Of a stretch of DNA of 64,000 nucleotides, positions 28,635 to 38,780 are shown piece after piece. Both the position numbers and the translations under genes were made by a program. A model generated the notes under the pieces. The model did not search any database and was not told where the DNA came from. It was given only the letters and a program-made list of their open reading frames with translations. Origin of the DNA: Candidatus Bathyarchaeota archaeon (lineage in GTDB: Archaea > Thermoproteota > Bathyarchaeia > Bathyarchaeales > Bathycorpusculaceae); NCBI GenBank assembly GCA_963775465.1, contig CAVZIW010000013.1, positions 123,169-187,168 of the forward strand. Direction: 5' to 3'. The number at the start of each line of letters is the position of its first letter. The first letter of the stretch is position 1.

Positions 28635-29465
28635 TCAATTAAGCCTTTTAAAATAGACAAGCGAAACTGGTCCTTCGAATTCTTCATCACTTTTTTCGAG
28701 AATAAACCCTGAACTCTCAAACTTTTGTATAAGTGCCCGTCGTATTTGAACTGAATGAACCTCTATCATCGCATATTCGATTTTTCTAAGAACCTCTTTT
28801 GGTACGTCAACTAAAGAGATTTCAGCCCCTTCACAATCAATCTTCGCCACTTCAGCGCCGCTCTCGGAAATAATTCTTGAGATGTCCTTGATCTTTATCT
28901 TAATTTTGTTATTTTGACTCTCTGTATTGAGGCCAAAGCAATTATCGGTCTTGTTGTAACCGATTGTTACTTCGCCATCTAAATTGCCTATTCCTTCGCT
29001 ATACAATTCTGCATTCATATTGTTTAAGCGAATATTTTCTTCTATATGCTTCCGATGTTCAACGACTGGTTCATAAATTACGACTTTACTTGCACCCAGA
29101 CTCCAAAGGTAAACGGCTGATTCTCCTTCGAAACCTCCTATATCCAAAACGACTTTTCCCTTGCAGTCACAATCATATATTCCTGATTCAATCTCATTTA
29201 AGGTACCAATGAGAATTTGTGACCCAATAAGTTGATAACGATCAGTCGTAATCTTGAAAGTTTCTGAATCTAGCTGCTTCAAGTTATATTTTTTTACAAG
29301 ATCGTAGTGATCCCTAAGAAAACGGAATTGGGACCAAGTGACCAGAAAAATAGAGCCATTAGAAAAAGTAATACTTGTTCGTTTGTTTCTAAATTTTAAC
29401 AAGATTGCAGAAAAAGGGTTTTTTATAATAGTCAATGTTCGAGTTAAGCCCTTTAAGGTAACCAT
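28635..29465 (-). CDS. FkbM-family methyltransferase
   Basis: VLDIGG, YEP, KIDCEGAE, IEVH. Confidence 0.9.
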   Translation of the reverse strand: MVTLKGLTRTLTIIKNPFSAILLKFRNKRTSITFSNGSIFLVTWSQFRFLRDHYDLVKKYNLKQLDSETFKITTDRYQLIGSQILIGTLNEIESGIYDCDCKGKVVLDIGGFEGESAVYLWSLGASKVVIYEPVVEHRKHIEENIRLNNMNAELYSEGIGNLDGEVTIGYNKTDNCFGLNTESQNNKIKIKIKDISRIISESGAEVAKIDCEGAEISLVDVPKEVLRKIEYAMIEVHSVQIRRALIQKFESSGFILEKSDEEFEGPVSLVYFKRLN

Positions 29466-29569
29466 CAGCTTCTCACTTTTAATTAACTTAAATAGATATA
29501 CCTATAATAAATTTGGTTTTCAGCTTGCATTATTTTCAGATTTAATTTTTTTCAATAGACAAAGGTTCA

Positions 29570-31054
29570 TCAAAGACTATTCTGTACACTATATAGTGCG
29601 GCACCCAAGATTAAACCATTTGTCAGGCTACTGAACCCATCGAGTTGATGTCCTTGTTCATCGACGCCTACACGAAATCCAAATATAGGCTCTGAATTAT
29701 GACGTTCCAAATTGACACAAAGGTCTCTGGAGAACGTGGTATTGTAGAGAGCAAGAAATCCTATGGCTACTTTTGTGTAAATCATGGGGGGAAGTTCAAT
29801 TCCTTTATAGTCCGCAGCTAATGCAGCCCAATATCTTCCGTCAGGCAAGACTACCCATTCCCATTGCCAGTCACTTGTAAGTTGTGGACCCTCACCAAAG
29901 GCGCGGAATTTACCAGTCTGGGTGTAGTAAGCTTCGTGTGCTTGATAAACCTGATTCATTAAGGTGTTTAACCTAGAATCGGTTGTGTTAGTGTCAAATA
30001 CCGCAGTAAGTAATACGTCCGTCGTGACTGCAGACTTTGGAACAATCACACCGTTGATAGTCACATTCCCATTTGCAGGTGAATAAATGTTGTCAAGTAT
30101 TTTCGTGGGTGCGTTTCCAAGTTCACTAGACCAGAAACTAGCAAAACCGCTACAGATAATGTAGGAGTATATACTAGTGGAGGCATTTCCTTCACTAATT
30201 AGGCTTGGGACAATGACCGCATAATTTGACCTATTGCCTTGCTGATTGTATACAAAGTTGTTTATTCGCGCTGTAAAATTGCTGTCATAATTTTTCAGGT
30301 TATTCAATGCCACAAAAAGTCTTCCAGTATCAACTACGTCAACTGGGTCGGTGGCTTTGTCTGAATTTTGATGCCAGACCTTTGCATCAGTTGCTTGGTA
30401 GAACCAGAAAGGGTAACTATAATTGTTTAGTTCGCGGGTTTCAAGAAACTCTAGAATCTTGTCTATTCTTGAATTGAACCCCCAATCGCCTGTTGGCTGC
30501 GTAAGGTTGAGTTTTGACGCGTCGATTACCGCTTGAATGTAAACACCTATATCCCAATCAGTGATGTAAGGCGATCCAGTGCTACCCCAAGGCAATCCAG
30601 TTTTTACGTCAACACCTACTCCAGGAGCATAGTATTTCCAAGCTGTTTCAGCAACCTTTTGCCAAAACGCGCTGTTAATGGTTTGAGCAGACTCTATCAT
30701 GCCTGGAGGCTTAGGTTTGGGGGTTAGAGTTGGAGTAACTTTGGGAGTAGGATTCTGAGTCTTTTCCGGTCCAACAGTTGGATTATTGTTATTTTTAGTG
30801 GGATCAGTTGGGTCAGGGGTTGGGGTTGAAGAGTCAACAAGATTCTGTCTTGCTTGATTCCCCCTCGGCAGGAACGCAAAAACAGAGATTAGAATCCCAA
30901 AAATTATTACAGCTACTAACAGACTTTTGGCTTTTTTGTTGAAACGCCAATTATTATAAAATAAATTTTTCTTCTTAACCTTTACACTGGCAAGTAGTAA
31001 GACGGAATTCATTACACTAAGATTACGAATTTTTTTGCCAGTTGCCATATACAT
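29570..31054 (-). CDS. Membrane-anchored DUF3131-like protein
   Basis: TM helix, P/T linker, A..AWKY, TGL, T.WD.G.Y..A...A..L, D.GRL..AL; start uncertain. Confidence 0.65.
   Translation of the reverse strand: MYMATGKKIRNLSVMNSVLLLASVKVKKKNLFYNNWRFNKKAKSLLVAVIIFGILISVFAFLPRGNQARQNLVDSSTPTPDPTDPTKNNNNPTVGPEKTQNPTPKVTPTLTPKPKPPGMIESAQTINSAFWQKVAETAWKYYAPGVGVDVKTGLPWGSTGSPYITDWDIGVYIQAVIDASKLNLTQPTGDWGFNSRIDKILEFLETRELNNYSYPFWFYQATDAKVWHQNSDKATDPVDVVDTGRLFVALNNLKNYDSNFTARINNFVYNQQGNRSNYAVIVPSLISEGNASTSIYSYIICSGFASFWSSELGNAPTKILDNIYSPANGNVTINGVIVPKSAVTTDVLLTAVFDTNTTDSRLNTLMNQVYQAHEAYYTQTGKFRAFGEGPQLTSDWQWEWVVLPDGRYWAALAADYKGIELPPMIYTKVAIGFLALYNTTFSRDLCVNLERHNSEPIFGFRVGVDEQGHQLDGFSSLTNGLILGAALYSVQNSL
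30705..30832 (-). repeat. Pro/Thr-rich low-complexity linker
   Basis: Encodes TPTPDPTDPT...PTPKVTPTLTPKPKPP. Confidence 0.7.
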
Positions 31055-31223
31055 CAGAGTTTTGCGAATATCAATAATTTTTTAACACATACTCTTAATT
31101 TAAACATATGGTAAAAGTCGTAGTAATTCACAAGGCAACGAATCCCTGCAAGAAACAAAATGAAGAATATCTAAAAAATAAGTTTGCTCAGGACTTCTTA
31201 GTAATATTTTGTGTATGTATTAA

Positions 31224-32351
31224 CTAAAAGCTCTGAATTAGACTCCAGATGTTATTTTGGAAATTCTCAGGAGTGAGAACAGAAATGTCCCTCCAAAGTG
31301 ATTCTCGATTTTTCGCCCAGTACGAATCTTTATCAACTCTGTCTATCAAGTTAACAATCTTGTCCTTAAGATCAAAATAACTTTTCCAGCGAAATTCCTT
31401 AGGAATAAATTCTTGCATCCCTCCACTGTCGTGAACAACAGTAATGCAACCACTTGCTAAGCCTTCAACAGGGGCTATTCCGAAGTGTTCACCTTCCATG
31501 AGATGAACGTAGATTCGAGAGTTCTGAAGGATCTCTAGAAGTTGATTCCCCGGCAAATTTGTCTTAAGAGAATAGTTCGGTGGCAAATTCTTATTAAAGT
31601 CATCAAACCATGCTTTTTCTGCATCTATCAAACCACCAATACTTATGAACTCACAATCTGGAATATCTAAAGCTAAACGCTTCATTATCTCATGACGTTT
31701 TGCAGGTATGAATCTTGCAACGTACACTATCTGTTTCTTTCGCTCAGACATAGGCTTATCACACCAGAATTTAGAAAGGTTTACTGGAGGATAAATCACA
31801 ACTGGATCTCTGACATAGCGGTTTTTCCAGTAGCGCTCTATGGCCCCCTTGGTATAGTTGCTATTGCATAAAATAAGATCTATTTTGCCGATACCCTGTT
31901 CAACCCACCTTTTAAATAACCACAAATAAAGTTTTCTTTTAAAATTGCCACGAGCATAATCATAATGTATTTCGGGAAAATGCACATATGCAATGTTCTT
32001 TCTAGCTTTACTTAGAAAAACAGGCTCAAAAGGAGAGGAGGACTGTGTGGAAAACAAATAGTCATAGTCCAACTTGTTTTTATACCGTTTTAAGAGATTA
32101 ACAAAGTTTCTGTGCCTTTTATAAATTGTAAAAGGTGGTTTAACTTCGATTCGCTTGCCTAATGAATGAATTACTACTTCTTTGCTTAAGTCCTCACCCA
32201 CAATATCACGGTATTTGTCAGCATCAAAATCAAAAGTCAGTAGCTCCACCTTTTGCCCGTTGACAAGCAGAGTTTTAATTACATTGTGGCATACGCGTTC
32301 TCCTCCGCCGTAAATGTCAAGGTACGGATGAACTACAAGGAAGGATGCCAA
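31224..32351 (-). CDS. GT4 glycosyltransferase, Alg11-like
   Basis: HPY...GGGERV, AYVHFP, NS.YT, IYPP, EHFGIAPVE. Confidence 0.85.
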   Translation of the reverse strand: MASFLVVHPYLDIYGGGERVCHNVIKTLLVNGQKVELLTFDFDADKYRDIVGEDLSKEVVIHSLGKRIEVKPPFTIYKRHRNFVNLLKRYKNKLDYDYLFSTQSSSPFEPVFLSKARKNIAYVHFPEIHYDYARGNFKRKLYLWLFKRWVEQGIGKIDLILCNSNYTKGAIERYWKNRYVRDPVVIYPPVNLSKFWCDKPMSERKKQIVYVARFIPAKRHEIMKRLALDIPDCEFISIGGLIDAEKAWFDDFNKNLPPNYSLKTNLPGNQLLEILQNSRIYVHLMEGEHFGIAPVEGLASGCITVVHDSGGMQEFIPKEFRWKSYFDLKDKIVNLIDRVDKDSYWAKNRESLWRDISVLTPENFQNNIWSLIQSF

Positions 32352-32500
32352 GTCTTTCAGCTCTCAGGTAAGTTACAGTTCACTCTTGCAGTTTAAGAAG
32401 GTTACCAACCTCGGAAAATTCCCGATCGTTAGAATAAAGGAAAAACAGCTTAGGCATCTGAAAGGGTTTTTCAGGAAAATATATACACAAGCATGGAAAG

Positions 32501-33925
32501 TTGAGTATGGATGGCAACTTGGTGAAAAAAAAGCAAAAAGAATCTACTGAAAAGTTGAAAGTTGTGTTCGCGGACCCGCCGTTTGGTCGAGAATCCAAAG
32601 GTGAGGCTGTGACTGAGTCGCCGAACCTGGGAATTCTATATATAATCAGCTATGCCAAATCGCGTTTGTCAAATGTTGAATTCACGTATCTCGAACCTTT
32701 TCTATCCATGGAAGAGCATCTCGAAAAAGTCAAACAAATAAAGCCTAATGTTTACGCTATATCTTTCACTACTCCGAGAAGAGAGCTGTCTTTTAAGACG
32801 ATAAATGGAGTAAGCAAGTTGGGTTTGAAAATGCTTATGGTAGCAGGTGGAGCTCATCCAACAATTGACCCGCAAGACGTCCTCAATAATACACCAATCG
32901 AAATTTGCATCATAGGGGAGGGTGAAGAAACCGTAACTGAGTTGCTAAAAAATGTTCAATGCAAAGAGCCGATTTCAAATGTTACTGGAACGGTTAACCT
33001 GCAGAAAAATAACGGGGTAAGACCACTCCTCAAAGATATAGATTTCTCCCCAGCATGGGAAATAATTGATTTTGAAAATTACGACATTGCAGTAAGCAAA
33101 AAAAAACGTATGGCATATCTGCTTCCCATCCGAGGGTGCCCCAACTATTGCACATACTGCTCCAATCCAGTATGGAAGCTTGAAAAACCGTGGATACGGC
33201 AACGTTCACCTAAAAACATTGCCGAAGAAATTAACTATCTCTATGGCAGAGGCATAAGAGAGATCTATCTTCGATCTGATACATTTAACGTTAATATTAA
33301 ATGGTGCTTGGAAGTTTGTAGCGAAATTGAAAAACTAAACCTGAACGACATGACGTTCCAATGTAACCTGCGTGCCGACAACTTAACCAACGAGTTAGCA
33401 CAAAAACTCCGCGACATTCACGTTTGGCTTGCACATATTGGTCTTGAATCTGCAAACGAACGCGTACTCAAAGGAATAGGTAAAAACGCGACACAAGCCG
33501 ACAACATACGAACCCTGGACCTGTTAAAGAAGCATCACATCAAAGTATATGGTTTCCTGATGCTCTACAACGCGTGGGAAATAAATGGCAAACTTGAATA
33601 TGAAACTCCAGAAGAAGTCAATAATACCTTAGAATTTGCAAAAAACTGCCTAAAAAACAACCTCATCGAGTATATTTCTTGGTCAATAACGAACCCAATC
33701 ATCGGCTCAAAACTCTATGACATTGCCAAAAAATTCAACATCGCGACCTACAACGTCAAAATAGGAAACTGTATGAACCTTCCAGGAATAAGCGAACAAC
33801 AAATGGTTGAGCACGTTAAACAAGGCATGATTCTACAATTGCTAAACGGAATTCAGAAGGGCATGATTACAAAGAGAAGCTACAAGCGAGCTGCTCAGAA
33901 AGCTATCAAAATCCTAAACATGTAA
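32501..33925 (+). CDS. Cobalamin-binding radical SAM enzyme
   Basis: PNLGILYI, GGAHPT, GEGEET, RGCPNYCTYC, GLESAN. Confidence 0.9.
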   Translation: MSMDGNLVKKKQKESTEKLKVVFADPPFGRESKGEAVTESPNLGILYIISYAKSRLSNVEFTYLEPFLSMEEHLEKVKQIKPNVYAISFTTPRRELSFKTINGVSKLGLKMLMVAGGAHPTIDPQDVLNNTPIEICIIGEGEETVTELLKNVQCKEPISNVTGTVNLQKNNGVRPLLKDIDFSPAWEIIDFENYDIAVSKKKRMAYLLPIRGCPNYCTYCSNPVWKLEKPWIRQRSPKNIAEEINYLYGRGIREIYLRSDTFNVNIKWCLEVCSEIEKLNLNDMTFQCNLRADNLTNELAQKLRDIHVWLAHIGLESANERVLKGIGKNATQADNIRTLDLLKKHHIKVYGFLMLYNAWEINGKLEYETPEEVNNTLEFAKNCLKNNLIEYISWSITNPIIGSKLYDIAKKFNIATYNVKIGNCMNLPGISEQQMVEHVKQGMILQLLNGIQKGMITKRSYKRAAQKAIKILNM

Positions 33926-33988
33926 CATCTTTTGAAAAAGAGCAACAGCGATAAACTATTTATCTTTCAGGAAATCATATTGGCACCT

Positions 33989-34717
33989 ATGTCTTCATGT
34001 TCAGAGGACAACATCAAAGTTGATTTTGTTGTCCCTTCAAAAGATAAACCCAACCAAAAATTGTTACACATTCTTGGGCAAATGCCATGTGCGGGAGAAA
34101 TTATTAATACACATGAAAAACCGCTCAGCGTCGCACGAAAACAGGGAGTCTTGCAGGCTAATACTGAGTGGGTGGCTATGGTCGATGATGATATGCTTCT
34201 ACCTAATGATTGGCTAAAATTAGTTACAAAAGCTATTGAACCAAATGTGGGTGCTATTGGCACAGTTGCCGTGCACAAAAACAAACATGTTGCTGCTTAT
34301 GAGCGAGTTGTTGGAACTGTCTATAGACTTGACAAAATAGACACTAATCCACATATAAACAACATCATAATTCGGCGTAAACTTATGGAAAATTATGAGC
34401 CTCCACGATTATTTTTTGGGGAAGACCAGTACTTTAAACATTATGTCCAGAAAACAGGCTATACCTGGAAAGTTTTACCCTTTCTTGGCGCAACACATCT
34501 AGGCACATCAAAAAATTATGTTATTATCGGAATAACTTACAGACGATATGGACACTTTGGACTCTACAAACTAGCAAGAAGAATGGTAGCGAGATTTATT
34601 TTTACACCGTTTGCAGCACTCATAAACGCAAGTTCCACAACATTTTGGTATTTAACTAGGCGCAATGTAGAATTCATCTCGGGTTTTGCAAAAGAGGTAA
34701 TTGCAGAAAAATTTTAA
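33989..34717 (+). CDS. GT2-family glycosyltransferase
   Basis: VVPS, AR..GV, MVDDDM, GED; start 33932 or 33989. Confidence 0.8.
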   Translation: MSSCSEDNIKVDFVVPSKDKPNQKLLHILGQMPCAGEIINTHEKPLSVARKQGVLQANTEWVAMVDDDMLLPNDWLKLVTKAIEPNVGAIGTVAVHKNKHVAAYERVVGTVYRLDKIDTNPHINNIIIRRKLMENYEPPRLFFGEDQYFKHYVQKTGYTWKVLPFLGATHLGTSKNYVIIGITYRRYGHFGLYKLARRMVARFIFTPFAALINASSTTFWYLTRRNVEFISGFAKEVIAEKF

Positions 34718-34838
34718 AAAAGAGAGCCCTTTCAGCTGAATTGGCAAAGACAACAATTCTTGGGTTTTGATTTCAAATTTATTTTTAAAACCCGTTTTTT
34801 GTTAAACTTTTTTAATCAGAATATAGAGAAGACATGTT

Positions 34839-35351
34839 ATGCAAAATGCAAAGTGCGGTGTTGGAATAGTTATCGGTGCAAACGTGGAAATAGGATTGAA
34901 TGTTGCCATCTGGAACTATGTTGTATTAGGCGACAACTCAAAAATTGGCGAAGGCACCATAATCGGAAGCTTTGTGGATATCGGCAAAAATGTGATTGTA
35001 GGAAAGAACTGCAACATACAAGCGCATGTAACAATCTCAAACGGGTGTATTCTCGGTGATAACGTGTTTATCGCTCCAAACACCAGTCTACTAAATGACA
35101 AATACCCAAAAAGTCCATTTTTGACTCCGCCTATAATAAAAGATGGCGCTCAAATCGGAGGAGGAGTAACTATTTTGCCCAATGTTACAGTTGGAGAAAA
35201 GGCGGTCGTTGGTGGAGGAAGTGTAATTACTAAAGATGTTGAATCAAAAACTGTTGTGGCTGGGGCACCTGCAAAATTTGTTATGAATTTACCGAGTTAT
35301 GAAGCAAAGCGTGACGCTTTCATAAAATCACAAAGCAAGGTGCAAAAATGA
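34839..35351 (+). CDS. Hexapeptide-repeat sugar N-acyltransferase
   Basis: Left-handed beta-helix repeats, VFIAP....ND.YP, VV.G.PA. Confidence 0.88.
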   Translation: MQNAKCGVGIVIGANVEIGLNVAIWNYVVLGDNSKIGEGTIIGSFVDIGKNVIVGKNCNIQAHVTISNGCILGDNVFIAPNTSLLNDKYPKSPFLTPPIIKDGAQIGGGVTILPNVTVGEKAVVGGGSVITKDVESKTVVAGAPAKFVMNLPSYEAKRDAFIKSQSKVQK

Positions 35352-36328
35352 AAATATGGTATGACGCTTGCACCGGCAAACAAGTTCGATATGCAGTAGC
35401 CATTGCTCAGCGTCTGAGGAAGAAAGGGCACGAATTTATTTTCACCACAAGAGAACACCCAGATACTATTTCTCTGTCCAAAATTCTGGGAGAAAAACCC
35501 ATCGTTATAGGCAAATACAATCCCTTAACGTATAACTCAAGATTGCAAGAAAGTGCTAGACGTATTATTGAATTTGCTAAGCTTTTTAAGCACAACAAAC
35601 CCGACATAGCTATTGCACATCAATCCGTGGAACTTTGCCGAACTGCTTTCGGTTTAGGAATCCCTATAATCCTTACAGCTGATACACCCTATGCTTACGC
35701 CGTGAATAAGCTAACTATTCCCTTTGCCCACACTGTTGTAGTTTCGGAAGCATTACCGAGGAAGTTTACAAAAGAATATTGCGCAAAAAAAACTGTTTTT
35801 TTCAAAGGTGTCGATGAGGTTGCATGGATAAAAGATTTCAAACCAGCCAAAATCACTGGCTTAAAAAAGCCCTTAATTGTGATCAGACAAATAGAGGCCA
35901 AAGCTGTGTATGCCCAAGATAAAAAAGATCTCTCAAAAAACATCGCAAAAAAACTGGGTGAAATAGGAGCAGTACATCTTATAAAGAGATACAACAAACA
36001 GGGTGAGACTTTCAGCAACAAAGAAGACTTTTTAGATTCGGCGAATCTTGTAGCAAACGCAGATTTAGTAGTGAGTTACGGTGGAACGATAGCTAGAGAA
36101 GCTGCGTTGCAAGGTGTTCCCAGCGTTGCAATCTCAGATATGGCAAAAACCTACGTGAATCGATATGTTGCTCAGAAAGGTTTTCCACTGTTCATAACAA
36201 CTGAAAAGGAGATTCTTTGGTACGCTAAAAAGTATTTGGGTAGAAGAGTTAACGTTGAGGATAAGCTTGCACTGTTGGAAAGTCCGGTTGACGCAATTGA
36301 AAAAGCAGTGGAAATGATTAAACCTTAA
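35348..36328 (+). CDS. DUF354 (GT-B fold) protein
   Basis: MKIW.D, GTIAREAALQGVP; overlaps acyltransferase stop. Confidence 0.8.
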   Translation: MKIWYDACTGKQVRYAVAIAQRLRKKGHEFIFTTREHPDTISLSKILGEKPIVIGKYNPLTYNSRLQESARRIIEFAKLFKHNKPDIAIAHQSVELCRTAFGLGIPIILTADTPYAYAVNKLTIPFAHTVVVSEALPRKFTKEYCAKKTVFFKGVDEVAWIKDFKPAKITGLKKPLIVIRQIEAKAVYAQDKKDLSKNIAKKLGEIGAVHLIKRYNKQGETFSNKEDFLDSANLVANADLVVSYGGTIAREAALQGVPSVAISDMAKTYVNRYVAQKGFPLFITTEKEILWYAKKYLGRRVNVEDKLALLESPVDAIEKAVEMIKP

Positions 36329-37094
36329 ACTCTACTTCAATTGTGTCGCCAACTTTGGCCGAAAATTTTTCTGCAGCGCTACCTTGATTTAAAGCTATTT
36401 CCAAAAATCCATGACTGCCAAATAATGCAATTGCTTGCTTTAACTTTGCTTGACCATAAGTTTTGCAGAATGAAAGGTGAAGTTTTTGGTTTGGCAGTTT
36501 AACTTTGACTGTATTAGCAAAACTAGCTTCGCGTGTGGTGATGTTTGAGACTATGTTGCCAAAGCCATCGATGTGTAAAATTTCGCCGACGAAGTAATTA
36601 ACTTTCTTTTTCACTATAGCAAATTTAGGCTCAACTGCATCAGTTAGTTCAGGACCAAAAGCTGAAGGTGTAACTCCATTATCTAGGTAGGCCGCAACGG
36701 GTGCAAAAATGTCTCTTCCGTGGAACGTGTTGGATACTTGAGAAAGAAAAAACTTGGGATTTGTAATTTGATGGATATGTTTTATACCTTGTTTTTGGGC
36801 TGATAACATCAAAACGCCGTTGTCTGGTCCAACAAAAAAAGCTTGTTTAGTCTGAATTACTATAGCTCGCCTTTCGGTACCAACACCAGGATCAACAACT
36901 ACTAAGTGAACAGTGCCTTTTGGAAAGAAAGGTGCTGCAGAAGATAACATAAATGCGCCATGACGAACGTTATATTTTTCAAGGCTATGTGTCAAATCAA
37001 CTAAAGTAGCTTTTGGATTTATGGATAAAAGTACACCTTTCATCTGGGCCACATAAGGGTCTTTGAGTCCAAAATCGCTGGTTAGAGTTATCAA
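36318..37094 (-). CDS. SAM hydroxide adenosyltransferase / chlorinase-fluorinase family (DUF62)
   Basis: ITL.SDFG..DPY, VVDPGVGT.R, VGPDNG, TFHGRDIFAP, D.FGN. Confidence 0.92.
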   Translation of the reverse strand: MITLTSDFGLKDPYVAQMKGVLLSINPKATLVDLTHSLEKYNVRHGAFMLSSAAPFFPKGTVHLVVVDPGVGTERRAIVIQTKQAFFVGPDNGVLMLSAQKQGIKHIHQITNPKFFLSQVSNTFHGRDIFAPVAAYLDNGVTPSAFGPELTDAVEPKFAIVKKKVNYFVGEILHIDGFGNIVSNITTREASFANTVKVKLPNQKLHLSFCKTYGQAKLKQAIALFGSHGFLEIALNQGSAAEKFSAKVGDTIEVEFKV

Positions 37095-37100
37095 CTATAT

Positions 37101-37385
37101 TTAACCGCCATGAACTACTGGAACAAAAACAATTTGGTCACCGTCACACAATTTTGTTTCGAAACCGTTAAGGACGCTAATTTCTGTGCCGTTAATTAGT
37201 ATAAGAGAGTTCGAGTTTGAATCATTGAGTTCTTGGTCGCTGAGGATGGATTTCAGATTTGTCATTTCTTGGCCCATTTGTTCAATTAAATGTCTGAGAG
37301 AAAAATCATCCTTATTGTTTACTTGATATTGGCTCCTACCTGATAGATGACGTAACGCACCTATTAGTTTGACAGTAATCACCAT
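37101..37385 (-). CDS. Ubiquitin-like sulfur carrier (MoaD/SAMP/Urm1-like)
   Basis: LILING, T.L.DGD.I, C-terminal VHGG. Confidence 0.88.
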   Translation of the reverse strand: MVITVKLIGALRHLSGRSQYQVNNKDDFSLRHLIEQMGQEMTNLKSILSDQELNDSNSNSLILINGTEISVLNGFETKLCDGDQIVFVPVVHGG

Positions 37386-37403
37386 GGCTCTCGCAACATT
37401 ATG

Positions 37404-38780
37404 TTATAGCACGATAATTAAAGATATGTCGTTAACATTTGTTCCTGTTTGCCCTGTAAAAATGAGATCATTCAAGTTAGAGAATAAGTGGTAAGAGTCA
37501 TTTTCAGCCAAAAAGACTTCAGGTTTCAATCCCAACTTAAGTGACCTTGCATAGGTATTATTGTCAACTATTGCTCCTGCGGCATCTGTTGGTCCGTCCA
37601 CACCGTCGGTGCCCAAAGAAGCAACTACAATTGTACAATCAAGGATATTCTTTATGTGAAAAGCCGCGGCTAAGACAAGTTCTTGGTTTCGTCCACCTAA
37701 ACCATTTCCAGCAACTTTGACCGTGGTTTCGCCTCCTACAATTATTGCAGCTGGCTTGTCAGAGGGATTACGTGAAACAATAATCTCCTTCGCAATTGAT
37801 GCTAGCAAAGCACCTACGCATCTAGCTTCTCCTTCCATAGTAGAAGTCAGCAAAATCGTGTTTAATTGTTGAGATTTAAGGTATTGGCAAGCTGCTAAAC
37901 TAGCTGTGCGGTTATTTCCAATAACAAAATTGAAGACTCTGTCGAAAATTTTATCTTGAGATTTAGGCGTTTCTTTAATTGCGCCCGCTTCGCCATCCTC
38001 AAAAACTTTTTGCGTCGAAGAAGGCAAATGCTGCCATAGATTATATTTTTCTAAAACTGTTTTGGCTTCTGCAAAAGTAGTTTCGTCAGGTACAGTTGGA
38101 CCAGATGCTATGGTGTCTAATGGGTCGCCTACGACATCTGAAAGAATTATGTTTAGAATAGTTGCAGGATAAGCTTTTTTTGCTAGCCAGCCTCCCTTAA
38201 ACCGAGATAGGTGCTTTCTAACTGAATTAATTTCTCGTATTGTTGCTCCGGATCGTAGAAGAGCGTTTGTTAATTCTCGCTTTTCCTTTAGTGTTATACC
38301 TTCTCGTGGAAGTGACATAAGGCTTGAACCACCCCCAGAAATTAAGCAAACAACCAAATCAGCTTCATTGGCTTTTTCCACGACCGCCAAAATTTGTTTT
38401 GTTCCTTCCACGGAAGCTTGGTCTGGCAAAGGGTGGCTTGCTCCATGTAGCTTAATTATTTTTGTTTTCTGCAAACTTCCATGTGGAACGTTTATAATAC
38501 CTTCAGTAATACTGGGGCCCAAGATTTCTTCCAAAGCTTCCGCCATCGAACCAGATGCTTTTCCACCGCCAACCACGTATACATGCTTGAATTTGTTTAT
38601 GTCAAAACAATATTCTTCAACTTGAAGAAATGAACGGTTCAAGGTAAGCTTGCTTTTAACAATTGTTTTGGGGTCCACAGCTTTTAATGCAGATTCAAGG
38701 CTCTCGAGAGCTAAAATTCGAGCGTTCCTAATGGTTTCAGTTTCACCGTTTTTGATCAGTTGGAGTTTATTTTTTATCAT
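37404..38780 (-). CDS. Glycerate 2-kinase (MOFRL family)
   Basis: GGGKA, HPLPD, LISGGGSSL, SDVVGD, GGETTV, GGRNQE, TGTNVND. Confidence 0.93.
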   Translation of the reverse strand: MIKNKLQLIKNGETETIRNARILALESLESALKAVDPKTIVKSKLTLNRSFLQVEEYCFDINKFKHVYVVGGGKASGSMAEALEEILGPSITEGIINVPHGSLQKTKIIKLHGASHPLPDQASVEGTKQILAVVEKANEADLVVCLISGGGSSLMSLPREGITLKEKRELTNALLRSGATIREINSVRKHLSRFKGGWLAKKAYPATILNIILSDVVGDPLDTIASGPTVPDETTFAEAKTVLEKYNLWQHLPSSTQKVFEDGEAGAIKETPKSQDKIFDRVFNFVIGNNRTASLAACQYLKSQQLNTILLTSTMEGEARCVGALLASIAKEIIVSRNPSDKPAAIIVGGETTVKVAGNGLGGRNQELVLAAAFHIKNILDCTIVVASLGTDGVDGPTDAAGAIVDNNTYARSLKLGLKPEVFLAENDSYHLFSNLNDLIFTGQTGTNVNDISLIIVL

